From Spironucleus salmonicida (Eukaryota), in NCBI RefSeq assembly GCF_000497125.1, contig NC_090602.1, forward strand, positions 1,116,001 to 1,180,000: a DNA stretch of 64,000 bases. The letters are read 5' to 3'. Position numbers and translations under genes: made by a program. Within the stretch, counting starts at the first letter, position 1, and every line of letters starts with the position of its first letter. The notes under the pieces are model-generated. The model was given only the letters and a program-made list of their open reading frames with translations, ran no database searches and was not told the origin of the DNA. Positions 13,640 through 27,200 of this stretch are shown in pieces.

Positions 13640-14587
13640 ATTTTAATTAAAGAAAGACAAATTAAAATTTCTTATTATATAAAAAATGGTGAAAATTATT
13701 TTCTATAGGTAAATAAAACTATGTTTAAATTTTGCCTTAATATATAATGTACTGGATACTTAAGATTAAAATAAGGTAATAATATTAATAGAAAAGCCAG
13801 TTTCTAATGAAACTAATAACTAAATTATTTTTAGTATTTGCAATACTGTTTTTTAAAATTACAATGAACGATTTTCATGTAACATTACTTACTTATTAAA
13901 ATACGTTATATACTTATTAGAAATAAAGTTCAATGAAATTTAATTATTGATTAAATTAACACCTTTTGATAAGAATCTGAAAATTTTATTGTAGCATAAT
14001 TTGTAAGTTAAAATCCAAATATCATCTCACTTTTATTAATAGTAATGAAGTATATATTTCTTGACGAACCTACTACTGGATTAGACCCATAAACTAAAAG
14101 AACAGTATGGAAAGCAATAAAATAGGCTTCTATAGGTAATACCGTTATACTTACAACTCACTCTATGGAAGAAGCTGATGCATTATGTGATAGAATAGGA
14201 ATTTTAGTTGCTGGGTAACTTAGGGCAATTGGAACGGCCTAACATTTGAAAATTAGATTTGGATCTGGTTATAAAATAGTCATTTAGGGTACTGAGATGG
14301 GGATTTATAAAGTCATAGATAAATTAAAAGCAATAATTAACTCAATTACCTAACTCGAATTTTAACCAATAATAGGAACTGATAATAAATATAAATCTTA
14401 ATTATTTTTCAAAGAAAAATGTTAATTATCCCATATTTGGATATGCCTATTTGAGAGTAAAACTGAAGACCTCATAACTGAATATTCTATAAACTATACT
14501 GATTTAGAAGACGTATTTTTAAAAATAGTCGATCGTATAGAACCTGCTGAATAATGTTGTTTACAGAGCAACGATGATGTGGAGTGA
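13640..14587 (+). pseudogene. Degenerate ABCA-type transporter; C-terminal NBD part still open (14045..14587)
   Basis: YIFLDEPTTGLDP...VILTTHSMEEADALCDRIGIL...LKIRFGSGY...LEDVFL is ABCA-like. Upstream, Walker A and the signature motif are not recoverable and frames contain TGA. The 5' limit is approximate. Confidence 0.65.
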
Positions 14588-15078
14588 GGCTGCTTTACGC
14601 TTTCAGGTCTGCAGCGGGAGGAAGGAGGCCCATACCACGGCAACGCAGGCGGTCAGACTGGCGCAGTGGAGGGCCTAGTCGATTACAAACACCGAAACTC
14701 TGCAGGCACGGATCTACATTCGTGATGAGTTGCGACTCCTCCAGTGCGACTTGGCCAGATCAATCAGAAAATGTGATCCAAACTCCACAGCAAATGATCC
14801 TGCGATAGCAGCGGTTGCATAACTAGGTCGGTAGCCAAAGTAAAGCGTGAAGGGCGGAACGATGAGTAGTTGAAGATAAGTAACCTAAAGTGAGTGTAAC
14901 CAGATACCCTTCTTGCATGGCGTGGACTTATCGCCGCACTAACATAGAAACTAAAACAAGCCATCGGCAGCGAGGTGCTTTGCCAGCAGTGCTAAGTAGA
15001 GGTACACTAGACTAGGAAGCTCCATTCCGTTTACATACAACCTTATATTGTATAATAATATGCATTACTACAAGGGAC

Positions 15079-16173
15079 TCAGATATGCATACCCTGATCC
15101 GTACACAAAGGCGGTGATGCAGCAGCCAAAAAATCACGTTTCTGAGCGTGGGCCTTCCAAATGCAAATAAAAACCACTGCACCTGCAACCAATAGAAGTA
15201 CCCCACCAACTACGGTACTGACAATCACCCCAGCTTGGTTCTGTATGTCCTACGCGCAGATGTTTCCAGTGAAGTTACCTAGGTGAAGATGAATGATATA
15301 CCCATTTTCACAGTTTTCAGCTAAATTATTCACCGGAAATACTCCGCGCTGACATTCTGAAGTGTCAACACCCTCGATCATGACATCTCCTTTTGTACAA
15401 TCACATAATCCATTAAAAACACTTAAACCATCGGGACACCGTTAATTAAATATGTTAAGATTATCCGCACGGCAGAATGTTATGATAGATCCAGCAACCA
15501 TCATACGGTTCTGGATATGTCCTTTCTCGCAGAAGCTACACTGTAACCCAGATTTGGTATACACGATCTGTGCTCCATTCCTGCAGATGCACTGATCATT
15601 CTACACAGAAACCTCTGTTTGTATCAGACCCATTATGGCAAGGTTCTCGCAGGGCGTGCCGCAGCTGAGTAATGGAGGGGAATAAATCTGATCTGGAGCA
15701 GGGCAGGTGCTGGAACAAAACGTTGTACTACTGTTAGGAATGCGGAAGGCAAGTTACCCCGGTTAGCACCGTGTGCAGTGTCCGTCTAAATTCGAAAAGC
15801 CGAGTGCGCATTCCCCACTCGCGGCACCACTATTATGGAGGCAAGCCCCACCAACATGTGCATCAAATTGCGCGTTACAGAATGTACATTCCGTCCCAGA
15901 TAGCAGAGCAGGAATCTAGGAATTTAAGCATTCTTTTGCTACTATAAGATAATCAGCATTTGTAGTAGTATTTGGTTCTAGTAGTTTACACCGCATGAAA
16001 CTGTGTTCGAAAACCGGCACCAATTGCAAGTCAATGCACTAGCACTATCCTATTTAGGTAAATGTATCAATAATAAGATACATGGTGTTCGTGTCACAGG
16101 GGATGCATGTAGGTGTATGGGTGTAATTGCAGATTTACATTTATAAGTTAATTAATATTTTGATACAAAACAT
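15079..16173 (-). CDS. Cysteine-rich membrane protein (copy 1)
   Basis: Mirror of 19268..20362. Confidence 0.75.
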
Positions 16174-16318
16174 TATATTAGAATTACAATTTTTAAGTTT
16201 ATTAATGAGAAAATGGTTCTATACTGACTAATAAAAAGATTAGAGTTAGAGTAATATTCAAGTAGTTTTCCAGCCGTGTGGGGTAGTATGTTGTAAAAAA
16301 AGCACAATAAACAGTGAG

Positions 16319-16639
16319 TCACTCGCACTTGCATGAAGGACAACCGCAGGAGCAGCCGGCCTTACCGGTGCACTTGTTGCAGCAGCCGCACGCGTTCTCG
16401 CACTTGCATGAAGGACAACCGCAGGAGCAGCCGGCCTTACCGGTGCACTTGTTGCAGCAGCCGCACGCGTTCTCGCACTTGCATGAAGGACAACCGCAGG
16501 AGCAGCCGGCCTTACCGGTGCACTTGTTGCAGCAGCCGCACGCGTTCTCGCACTTGCATGAAGGACAACCGCAGGAGCAGCCGGCCTTACCGGTGCACTT
16601 ATCACAGCAGTTACAGGTAGCAGAACATCCACAGGGCAT
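16319..16639 (-). CDS. Modular metallothionein-like protein (copy 1)
   Basis: 106 aa with 38 Cys and no aromatic residues or His; four 25-aa modules of 9 Cys each. Confidence 0.75.
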   Translation of the reverse strand: MPCGCSATCNCCDKCTGKAGCSCGCPSCKCENACGCCNKCTGKAGCSCGCPSCKCENACGCCNKCTGKAGCSCGCPSCKCENACGCCNKCTGKAGCSCGCPSCKCE

Positions 16640-17194
16640 TTGATAAGGAGTGGGAGTATTATAGGAAGCAGAATATCTGATAATACTCCGATATCAGATC
16701 TACAGCATTCCCCAATCTCGTTTCTGGTTTTGGGTAATGACGAGCAGATATATATAATATACTGGTTGTAACTGAGTTGTGCTTCTTGCAACAAACTACA
16801 AGTATACATTCCAATCGCCTAGAGACCCTTCGTGCTTTAGGCTCAACCACATCCAGAGAGTCAGTGGACCGGTGCAATGACCCTCGAACTCTGCGTGATC
16901 ACTACTGTGACATCTAGCTAGTTGCTGCCTTGCTGGGTTAGTGATACCGGATTGCTCCAACTGCCCTATTGTTCTTTTTATATTAGCAGACGAAATTAGT
17001 GTCTATTATGAAATAAAACATCGCCAACTGATCTTTAATATATTTAAAAAATGTAAATATAAAATTTTATTTATTTATAAAGACATATAGATTGTTAGGG
17101 GTTTTCTTTTCACCAGCTAATTTTTATGATACTTTAACCGATTAGAATATTTTATATATAAAAGATATAATTCCATCCTTTTATAAACTTGATA

Positions 17195-17596
17195 ATGGAA
17201 TATGATTTCGATTTAATTGGAGCAGAGTCATCGCCCAGTACATCTGATGATGAACATATATCAATATCTTTGATATAAATAACAGATCTATCATTTCTAG
17301 AGAGGCGTGGAACTTCTCTACGTGTTATTGAGTATCCTTAAGATCTCATTCGTTAATAAACTATAATCGAACAATCTGCCGTATTCTCCATTATAAATGG
17401 TTTATGCGTCTAATAAAGGATGATGAAATGTTCAATATTTAGGTTTATACGCTATATTACAATTCATGGTGAGCTATATTTCATCCCACAAACATAACAT
17501 CGGTCATCGATATAGCTTGCTATATCTTGTTAACATATTTAATAATAAAGACTGATGATTTAAGCTTTTATAGTAAGGCTTCGATATTCTAAGTGA
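17195..17596 (+). CDS. Hypothetical protein (133 aa)
   Basis: Code-6 ORF MEYDFDLIGAESSPSTSDDE...; pyrimidine-rich tract upstream; ends AAG-TGA. Confidence 0.5.
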
Positions 17597-18313
17597 TCAT
17601 TCATCATCACTGTTTATAAGGACTAATTACATTTAAACTTTAATACGCGCAGCTCTTTATAGCTACCCTTTAAGTTCGTTCTTAGTTTTATCTTTTTCTG
17701 CTATTATACGATCTAGCTCTTGCATATCTTTATTCAATTTTTAAATTTATATATGAATTTTAGATTCATTATTGTTTATAAATTCCCGTCTTTATTAGTC
17801 GTAAACTACTAAATCTTGGTTAAGTCTTTCTTAATAATTAGAAAGCTCATCTCTAAAAAACTAACTCCGTTATTACATTTCTTATTATTTTGCACGTTAT
17901 GTAGCTATCTTTTTAACTAATATTTATCGCTTTGAATCGGATATTTACTTTTATTTTTATAATGATTAAGTATATTCGTCTTATGCTAATTCTTATGCTT
18001 GTGCCAGCTAATTTTTTAAGTTTTCAGTTTATTATTAAGAGGTAGAAAGTTAATTCAACAATTAATTCAATTTTTGTTAAAGCTATAACAAATCCTACTT
18101 ATCAGATGAACTTGTTAGCTACTTTCTTTTAGATAATAATTCAGAATCATAATATTCTTTGATCTTTTACTCTTTTTCATCTTATTCAATTTCAAATTAT
18201 GCCTGTGTTTAACGACGCCACATTTCATATTCCCAAGTTATAGTATTTTATATAGCCTACCGTCTTATATTGAAATTATTTACCTCGGCCTCAGAAAGGT
18301 TAGACGCTTCCAT
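17597..18313 (-). CDS. Coiled-coil protein (238 aa)
   Basis: Code-6 ORF MEASNLSEAEV...ITWEYEMWRRQTQAQFE..., rich in Q/E/K. Confidence 0.55.
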
Positions 18314-18801
18314 ATTTTAAAATTTAGGATATATACTATTTATTAAATATTACAATATTAAACGGGAAAAAGTTAATCCCATGACTAAACTGCGAAAGGA
18401 TATTAGCATAGTTCCAAAAACTAACTTCCACATACGTCTTAGTTTCCTTTAATACCTAATACAAAAGAACAATAGGGCAGTTGGAGCAATCCGGTATCAC
18501 TAACCCAGCAAGGCAGCAACTAGCTAGATGTCACAGTAGTGATCACGCAGAGTTCGAGGGTCATTGCACCGGTCCACTGACTCTCTGGATGTGGTTGAGC
18601 CTAAAGCACGAAGGGTCTCTAGGCGATTGGAATGTATACTTGTAGTTTGTTGCAAGAAGCACAACTCAGTTACAACCAGTATATTATATATATCTGCTCG
18701 TCATTACCCAAAACCAGAAACGAGATTGGGGAATGCTGTAGATCTGATATCGGAGTATTATCAGATATTCTGCTTCCTATAATACTCCCACTCCTTATCA
18801 A

Positions 18802-19122
18802 ATGCCCTGTGGATGTTCTGCTACCTGTAACTGCTGTGATAAGTGCACCGGTAAGGCCGGCTGCTCCTGCGGTTGTCCTTCATGCAAGTGCGAGAACGCG
18901 TGCGGCTGCTGCAACAAGTGCACCGGTAAGGCCGGCTGCTCCTGCGGTTGTCCTTCATGCAAGTGCGAGAACGCGTGCGGCTGCTGCAACAAGTGCACCG
19001 GTAAGGCCGGCTGCTCCTGCGGTTGTCCTTCATGCAAGTGCGAGAACGCGTGCGGCTGCTGCAACAAGTGCACCGGTAAGGCCGGCTGCTCCTGCGGTTG
19101 TCCTTCATGCAAGTGCGAGTGA
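18802..19122 (+). CDS. Modular metallothionein-like protein (copy 2)
   Basis: MPCGCSAT followed by four CxCCxKCTGKAGCSCGCPSCKCE(NA) modules; C-rich motif TACTCCCACTCCTT upstream; ends GAG-TGA. Confidence 0.75.
   Translation: MPCGCSATCNCCDKCTGKAGCSCGCPSCKCENACGCCNKCTGKAGCSCGCPSCKCENACGCCNKCTGKAGCSCGCPSCKCENACGCCNKCTGKAGCSCGCPSCKCE
18841..19118 (+). repeat. 75-bp coding tandem repeat, about 3.7 identical units (mirrored at 16323..16600)
   Basis: Unit AAGTGCACCGGTAAGGCCGGCTGCTCCTGCGGTTGTCCTTCATGCAAGTGCGAGAACGCGTGCGGCTGCTGCAAC. Confidence 0.95.
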
Positions 19123-19267
19123 CTCACTGTTTATTGTGCTTTTTTTACAACATACTACCCCACACGGCTGGAAAACTACTTGAATATTACTCTAACTCTA
19201 ATCTTTTTATTAGTCAGTATAGAACCATTTTCTCATTAATAAACTTAAAAATTGTAATTCTAATATA

Positions 19268-20362
19268 ATGTTTTGTATCAAAATATTAATTAACTTATAA
19301 ATGTAAATCTGCAATTACACCCATACACCTACATGCATCCCCTGTGACACGAACACCATGTATCTTATTATTGATACATTTACCTAAATAGGATAGTGCT
19401 AGTGCATTGACTTGCAATTGGTGCCGGTTTTCGAACACAGTTTCATGCGGTGTAAACTACTAGAACCAAATACTACTACAAATGCTGATTATCTTATAGT
19501 AGCAAAAGAATGCTTAAATTCCTAGATTCCTGCTCTGCTATCTGGGACGGAATGTACATTCTGTAACGCGCAATTTGATGCACATGTTGGTGGGGCTTGC
19601 CTCCATAATAGTGGTGCCGCGAGTGGGGAATGCGCACTCGGCTTTTCGAATTTAGACGGACACTGCACACGGTGCTAACCGGGGTAACTTGCCTTCCGCA
19701 TTCCTAACAGTAGTACAACGTTTTGTTCCAGCACCTGCCCTGCTCCAGATCAGATTTATTCCCCTCCATTACTCAGCTGCGGCACGCCCTGCGAGAACCT
19801 TGCCATAATGGGTCTGATACAAACAGAGGTTTCTGTGTAGAATGATCAGTGCATCTGCAGGAATGGAGCACAGATCGTGTATACCAAATCTGGGTTACAG
19901 TGTAGCTTCTGCGAGAAAGGACATATCCAGAACCGTATGATGGTTGCTGGATCTATCATAACATTCTGCCGTGCGGATAATCTTAACATATTTAATTAAC
20001 GGTGCCCCGATGGTTTAAGTGTTTTTAATGGATTATGTGATTGTACAAAAGGAGATGTCATGATCGAGGGTGTTGACACTTCAGAATGTCAGCGCGGAGT
20101 ATTTCCGGTGAATAATTTAGCTGAAAACTGTGAAAATGGGTATATCATTCATCTTCACCTAGGTAACTTCACTGGAAACATCTGCGCGTAGGACATACAG
20201 AACCAAGCTGGGGTGATTGTCAGTACCGTAGTTGGTGGGGTACTTCTATTGGTTGCAGGTGCAGTGGTTTTTATTTGCATTTGGAAGGCCCACGCTCAGA
20301 AACGTGATTTTTTGGCTGCTGCATCACCGCCTTTGTGTACGGATCAGGGTATGCATATCTGA
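19268..20362 (+). CDS. Cysteine-rich membrane protein (CRMP-type surface protein, copy 2)
   Basis: Code-6 ORF of 364 aa with many CxC/CxxC motifs (CIPC, CQC, CTFC, CTRC, CSFC), a C-terminal TM helix AGVIVSTVVGGVLLLVAGAVVFICIW and a short tail. Confidence 0.75.
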
Positions 20363-21136
20363 GTCCCTTGTAGTAATGCATATTATTATACAATATAAGG
20401 TTGTATGTAAACGGAATGGAGCTTCCTAGTCTAGTGTACCTCTACTTAGCACTGCTGGCAAAGCACCTCGCTGCCGATGGCTTGTTTTAGTTTCTATGTT
20501 AGTGCGGCGATAAGTCCACGCCATGCAAGAAGGGTATCTGGTTACACTCACTTTAGGTTACTTATCTTCAACTACTCATCGTTCCGCCCTTCACGCTTTA
20601 CTTTGGCTACCGACCTAGTTATGCAACCGCTGCTATCGCAGGATCATTTGCTGTGGAGTTTGGATCACATTTTCTGATTGATCTGGCCAAGTCGCACTGG
20701 AGGAGTCGCAACTCATCACGAATGTAGATCCGTGCCTGCAGAGTTTCGGTGTTTGTAATCGACTAGGCCCTCCACTGCGCCAGTCTGACCGCCTGCGTTG
20801 CCGTGGTATGGGCCTCCTTCCTCCCGCTGCAGACCTGAAAGCGTAAAGCAGCTTCACTATGTTCTAACAATTCTTAATTTTCATCTATAGTGAAATAGAA
20901 ATTATGAATTTTATTGCTATCATTATATCACTCTTTCTTCGTCGTTTTTACGGTCAATTACCAATTTTCAAAACTATACCGCCCTCATTCCCTGCGCCCT
21001 CTATTATCCAACTTTACCACAAATACTCGGTTCACGAAAATCACTGACTTTCCATTTTCCACTCCCTTTAAAAATCAATTATCTATTATTATATATTAAT
21101 ATATAGTTTCCTACCACCACATTTCGCCCAAAAATT

Positions 21137-22717
<1,581 letters not shown>

Positions 22718-22779
22718 GACGGGGAAGGAATGAAAAGTAGAAAGAATACATATCGCAATAATATATTATATACTCAAAT

Positions 22780-23493
22780 TCATTTTAAAAATTAAAATAT
22801 CTACAGACACAAATTGAAACTACAAAATAGAATGACTGCGAATTCAATTAATTTTGCTACCTTTCTTCTTCTATCTTGCTTACTAATTATTTCAATAAGA
22901 CTATTTTCTTTTTCAAAATGTTCTCTTTTAATATCTTCTAATTATTATCCAGTAACTTATCTTTTACTAAACTCCTCTACAAATTACTCGGATGCTTTTT
23001 CTATTTCTCTTTATAACCTTTCAATATCTCTTTCGGCCTTTTCAATATCTTTTTTATCATTTTATTCCTAAAATTTCATATTTTTAATGTATGACTCTTG
23101 CTAATTAATCTCTTTTACATTTTGCTTTATAGTAACCTAAATTCGCTCAAGTTGTATATAATTTTCTTCATTTTCAACCTCTAACTCCCGAATAATTTCT
23201 TCTTTCTCAGTAGTAGCTGTTGATAAAATTTCAATCTAAACGTCAAACTATCTTTTTGAAGCGGTATTATTCATTTTCATTTATTCTATTGTTAATTCCT
23301 AATAATTATTATTGGATTTTAATTGCTTTAACTCATCAAAACAAGAGTCTAATTATAATTCTAACTATTTTCGACTTTCTACTTCATTAAGTAATAATTT
23401 CTCTGTATCTGGTATTCTTCTTGAACGAGATAAAGAAGGTGTACGATATGATGTCATTGGAGATGATCTGGAGCGTTTTTAAGGACTAAGCAT
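22780..23493 (-). CDS. Coiled-coil protein with C-terminal hydrophobic anchor (237 aa)
   Basis: Code-6 ORF MLSPQKRSRSSP..., E/K/Q-rich, ending ...RRRKVAKLIEFAVILFCSFNLCLQIFQFLK. Confidence 0.6.
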
Positions 23494-24206
23494 ATTCAGA
23501 ATCTGGAGTGGTAAAATTTATATTTTAATATATAATAATATTATATATTAAAAATGGGGCATATTATATATATTAGTTTAATATTAATTGTTGCACGTTT
23601 AATACTTGTAAGAGATCAATTACCTTCTTAGTTATAATTTAATCATTTATATTTTAATAAAATTTAAGATTAAAGAAATAAAAATCATTAAGCTTACATC
23701 TATTATAATCTAGATGCACAAAATATTTTTCAGTTTATTAGGAATATTTAAATTTGTCTACATATAACTATCCGATACTAGTATATTAGCGTAGTTTTTA
23801 ATTTTATTTACTAGGCAAATTATTATTGATCTAATATTCGTATCTACACCTTAAAAATTAAATATTTATTAAAAAATTAAATATAAAACCACAAGCCACT
23901 AAACTTAAGGCTAAAAAACTGATAGAGAATTTAGCTTAGAATATTATTTTAATTAAAAATAATATTCGAAAAATATTTTAAAGGAGAATCGGAAAATGAC
24001 CTAATTTACAAGTTAAAGTAGTAAAGTAAACAATCATTTATAATTTTGATAAACAGAGATACTTAAATAAATAAGTAATGTCTCTGTTGCCATTTAATAT
24101 CGTTGATCAAATAACATTGCTAACTTATTAATTGATATCTTATTTCTTTAATGAAATATAACATTATATTATTATATAGTATAATTATTAATATTTCCCT
24201 TCTTAA

Positions 24207-27200
24207 ATGGCTGCATTCATTTAATTCTCACATTAAAAGGCATAATAAGATGCAGAATTAATTAAGGAAGCCATATTATTAGCATCTAGCAGTGGATCAC
24301 CAACTACTAAAGCAGTTTTAATTGCGTACGAAAACTTATTAAAAGATAGATATAATTTATAATTTTCTCGTGATTCTCTTATATATCGTACTATTCTTAA
24401 GATGTCTTTAATTAATTCATATCGTCCTCCGTCGGTTTCGAGTTTTTTAGATCAATCATATTCGATAAATTAGATACCTGAAAGTAGTAGCAAAATATCT
24501 TGGCTTTAACGCCTTGAAATGGCTTATTAATGGTTATATTACTCTCATATAATAAATTGTTTTAAAGTAAATATGCTCAATAAACTGGGATATGGAAGCC
24601 TATAAAAAGCATTTGTCAGTACTAAAAAATAATCTTCAGTAAATGACAATATGAGTTTTTCGGGAGATAAATCAAAAGAAGAAGAAAATATAAATAAAAC
24701 TGAAAGTAATGATGATGAAAGTGCAGGTGAGGGAGACAAAAGTGGACCACCTGAAACTAGTGGATTAAAATATGATTTTTCTAAAATTAATGCTTTTAAA
24801 TTGATAAAAGAACTTTCTGAGAATAAAACATAGAGTTCTGCGTTAAGTGGGCACAATATAGAAGCACGGGATAGTTTAAGTAAAATATCAAAACATAATA
24901 CTCTAACTGAATCTGATAGCAGTGTTAAAAAGGATAAATCTCACAATTCATCTTTCTTCCATGTTTTAGGCCCGAAAGACAAAAGTTTAAATGACTAAAA
25001 TAACGATAAGAATAATAAATCTAAAGAAAAATATTAATCAAAGAGAAGCTCCAGTTCTAAGCATAAATATAGCGAATCTTCAGAAACAAGTCTTTACTAC
25101 TCGGAAGAAGATTCGCAACATAGCAGCTTATCAGATTTGGAGCTTAACTTATCAAATCTTTATTCATCGAATATCTAGCTAAAATCGATATAGAAAAGTT
25201 CTGAATCATCATCTCCAGATAAGTAAAAGCTGATGGCACCAAAAACGAAATAACAAATTGAATAGCAACGCTCTACTTTATAGGATTCGTTCGCAGTGTT
25301 CCTGCAAGAAAATCTCTAAAATGACACCCATCTAGACGAGTAACTAAGAGATTTGAATCGAAAATCGAGCCTCATGACTAAACATGAAAAAGCTGACGAA
25401 TCGCAGAACTTATCAAACTAAAGCAACAGTTTGGTCTAATAGCTCCTCAATAACAATACTACTTAATCCCAAGCTGCCAAACCCCCAAATTTCAAATCGA
25501 TCTAGCAATTAAGCCAAAACTCGCACACCACACCCTCCCTGCACGATATTTCTGCAAAGCCGCTCGAAAGCCTCCTACAGGACCAGTACCCCTCGATCGT
25601 TGAGAACATGATTTCGGGCTGCAATTCGGTCGATTCGATCATCACAACGGCCTCCTTCAGACTGCGGATTCAGGAGAAGGCGGACCAGTTCGAGCTCATT
25701 CTGGTGCGGCATTTGTTCAATTTGTGGAAGCGGAAGTCGCTGGATCTGATCAAAGTCCAGAAGAATCTTGCTAACGAAATCGTGAACTTCTACGCCGCAT
25801 TTGCGTTCTACAAAATGAAAAATACCGTGAAAGCGCAGGAAGCGAGGTTTGTGAAGGCGAAGCAGTTCATTTACCACTAGCGGAACAAAGTCATTATTAG
25901 GGCCTTCAAGGGGCTCAGAATCGCAGTTTCGGAGCAAAAATAGTTCGATTTCGGGCTGGATCCGGTCCAGGAGATTACGGCGCTTGTGCGCTTCAAAAAC
26001 GAGTTCTAGGCGCTTTAAGATAAAATAGCGAATGAGCAAAGTTCTGACAAATTTGCATACTTCAAAAACCAGCAGATGGTGCAATTCCAGCAAGAGCAGC
26101 AGGTGATACTGAACCAGAAGAAGCTAGTGCTCACCCCGGACGAGCGATTTTACAAAAAGGTCTACGCGCTCCGCAGCTTCTTCATGCCCTGCTTCCCGTC
26201 CATTGAATCAGTGATTCCGCAGTTCCAGAACCGAAAACTCGCGCAGGCGTACGACCATTTGATCGATTTGGTTGATGCGACGACCGAGCCAGAGATTTTT
26301 AGCCAAATTTTTGCGTTTGTGCGCAAATTGATGCCAAAGGGCTACAGCATCCTCCCCGCAGCCGTACACACGCTGCGAAGGCCGATCGACTACCTGAACT
26401 TCCTGCAGGCGTGCAAGAAGTACCAGATGTACCAGAAGTTTTTCTTCCTAAAGTACCTGAAATTCAACGTCGAGCTCGTGCATGCAAAGGTCGAGATTTT
26501 CATTTAAAAACACAAATTCGACAAGTGGAAGCGCGTTTTCGCGTACAGGCACCGAATGAAAAATATAGACCAGTTTTTGCTCGACTACCACAACGAAAAA
26601 GTGCTCAAAAAGCGTGCGTTCACGCACTTGGTTTAAGAATTTCGGGATTTGCAGCTAATTTAGCCATTTTTGGGCAGACTAAATAATTACACTTTGAAAT
26701 CGATTTTTCACTCCCTCAAATTTGCAGCTAAGGAAAAGCGCTACAATAGCCGCGAATTTGTCAAAAAAGTTGATATTTACTCATTTTTGCGCTCTTTGCA
26801 CACGAATTTTAACGTGATCGTCGACAGGTTCAATTTCCTTGTCACGACTGAGGCGCTGGTCCTCCAAAACGCTCGAAAACGCACGAAAAGTCGAATTTTA
26901 ATTTCGCTGCGCGAGGCCCTCGCGGTGCGCGTTTTCCAGCTCCTGCACCGCTAAAAATTCAACGCGAAAGCCGCCGTTCTGGTCTTCGAGGTTTCGCGCA
27001 ATAAGTGGAACGCGGTGGTCGCTTTCCACGTAATTTAGCAGAAACGGACTGCGAAATACCAATTTAAGGCGCTTTCGACCTTGCTGCAATTTGCGATTCA
27101 CCTGAGAACGAAATTCTCGTAGCTGGCGTTTGCGCGCTAATTCAAGCTCGCGTCTGCTGCGTTTTAGGCGCTGAAAACGAAAAGACTAGCCCTGAGCGAA

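Larger units (their letters stand above)
14589..16978. repeat. Inverted repeat 2, left arm (2390 bp)
   Basis: Reverse complement of 18463..20852 (sum 35441); one internal substitution seen (15436 vs 20005). Confidence 0.95.
18463..20852. repeat. Inverted repeat 2, right arm
   Basis: Reverse complement of 14589..16978. Confidence 0.95.

Noticed and set aside
14584-15070. Short ORFs in the outer part of the IR2 arms
   Set aside because: No consistent ATG-to-TGA gene with recognisable features in either orientation.
16258-16809. Alternative-frame repeat ORFs (SAPVRPAAPAVVLH..., HLHEGQPQEQ..., MKDNRRSS...) and their mirrors
   Set aside because: By-products of the stop-free 75-bp repeat; only the Cys-rich frame has an ATG with the C-rich motif and an AGTGA stop.
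18841-19118. CRISPR-like appearance of the regular repeats
   Set aside because: Units are contiguous and identical with no unique spacers, are a multiple of 3, are coding, and there are no cas genes in this eukaryotic context.
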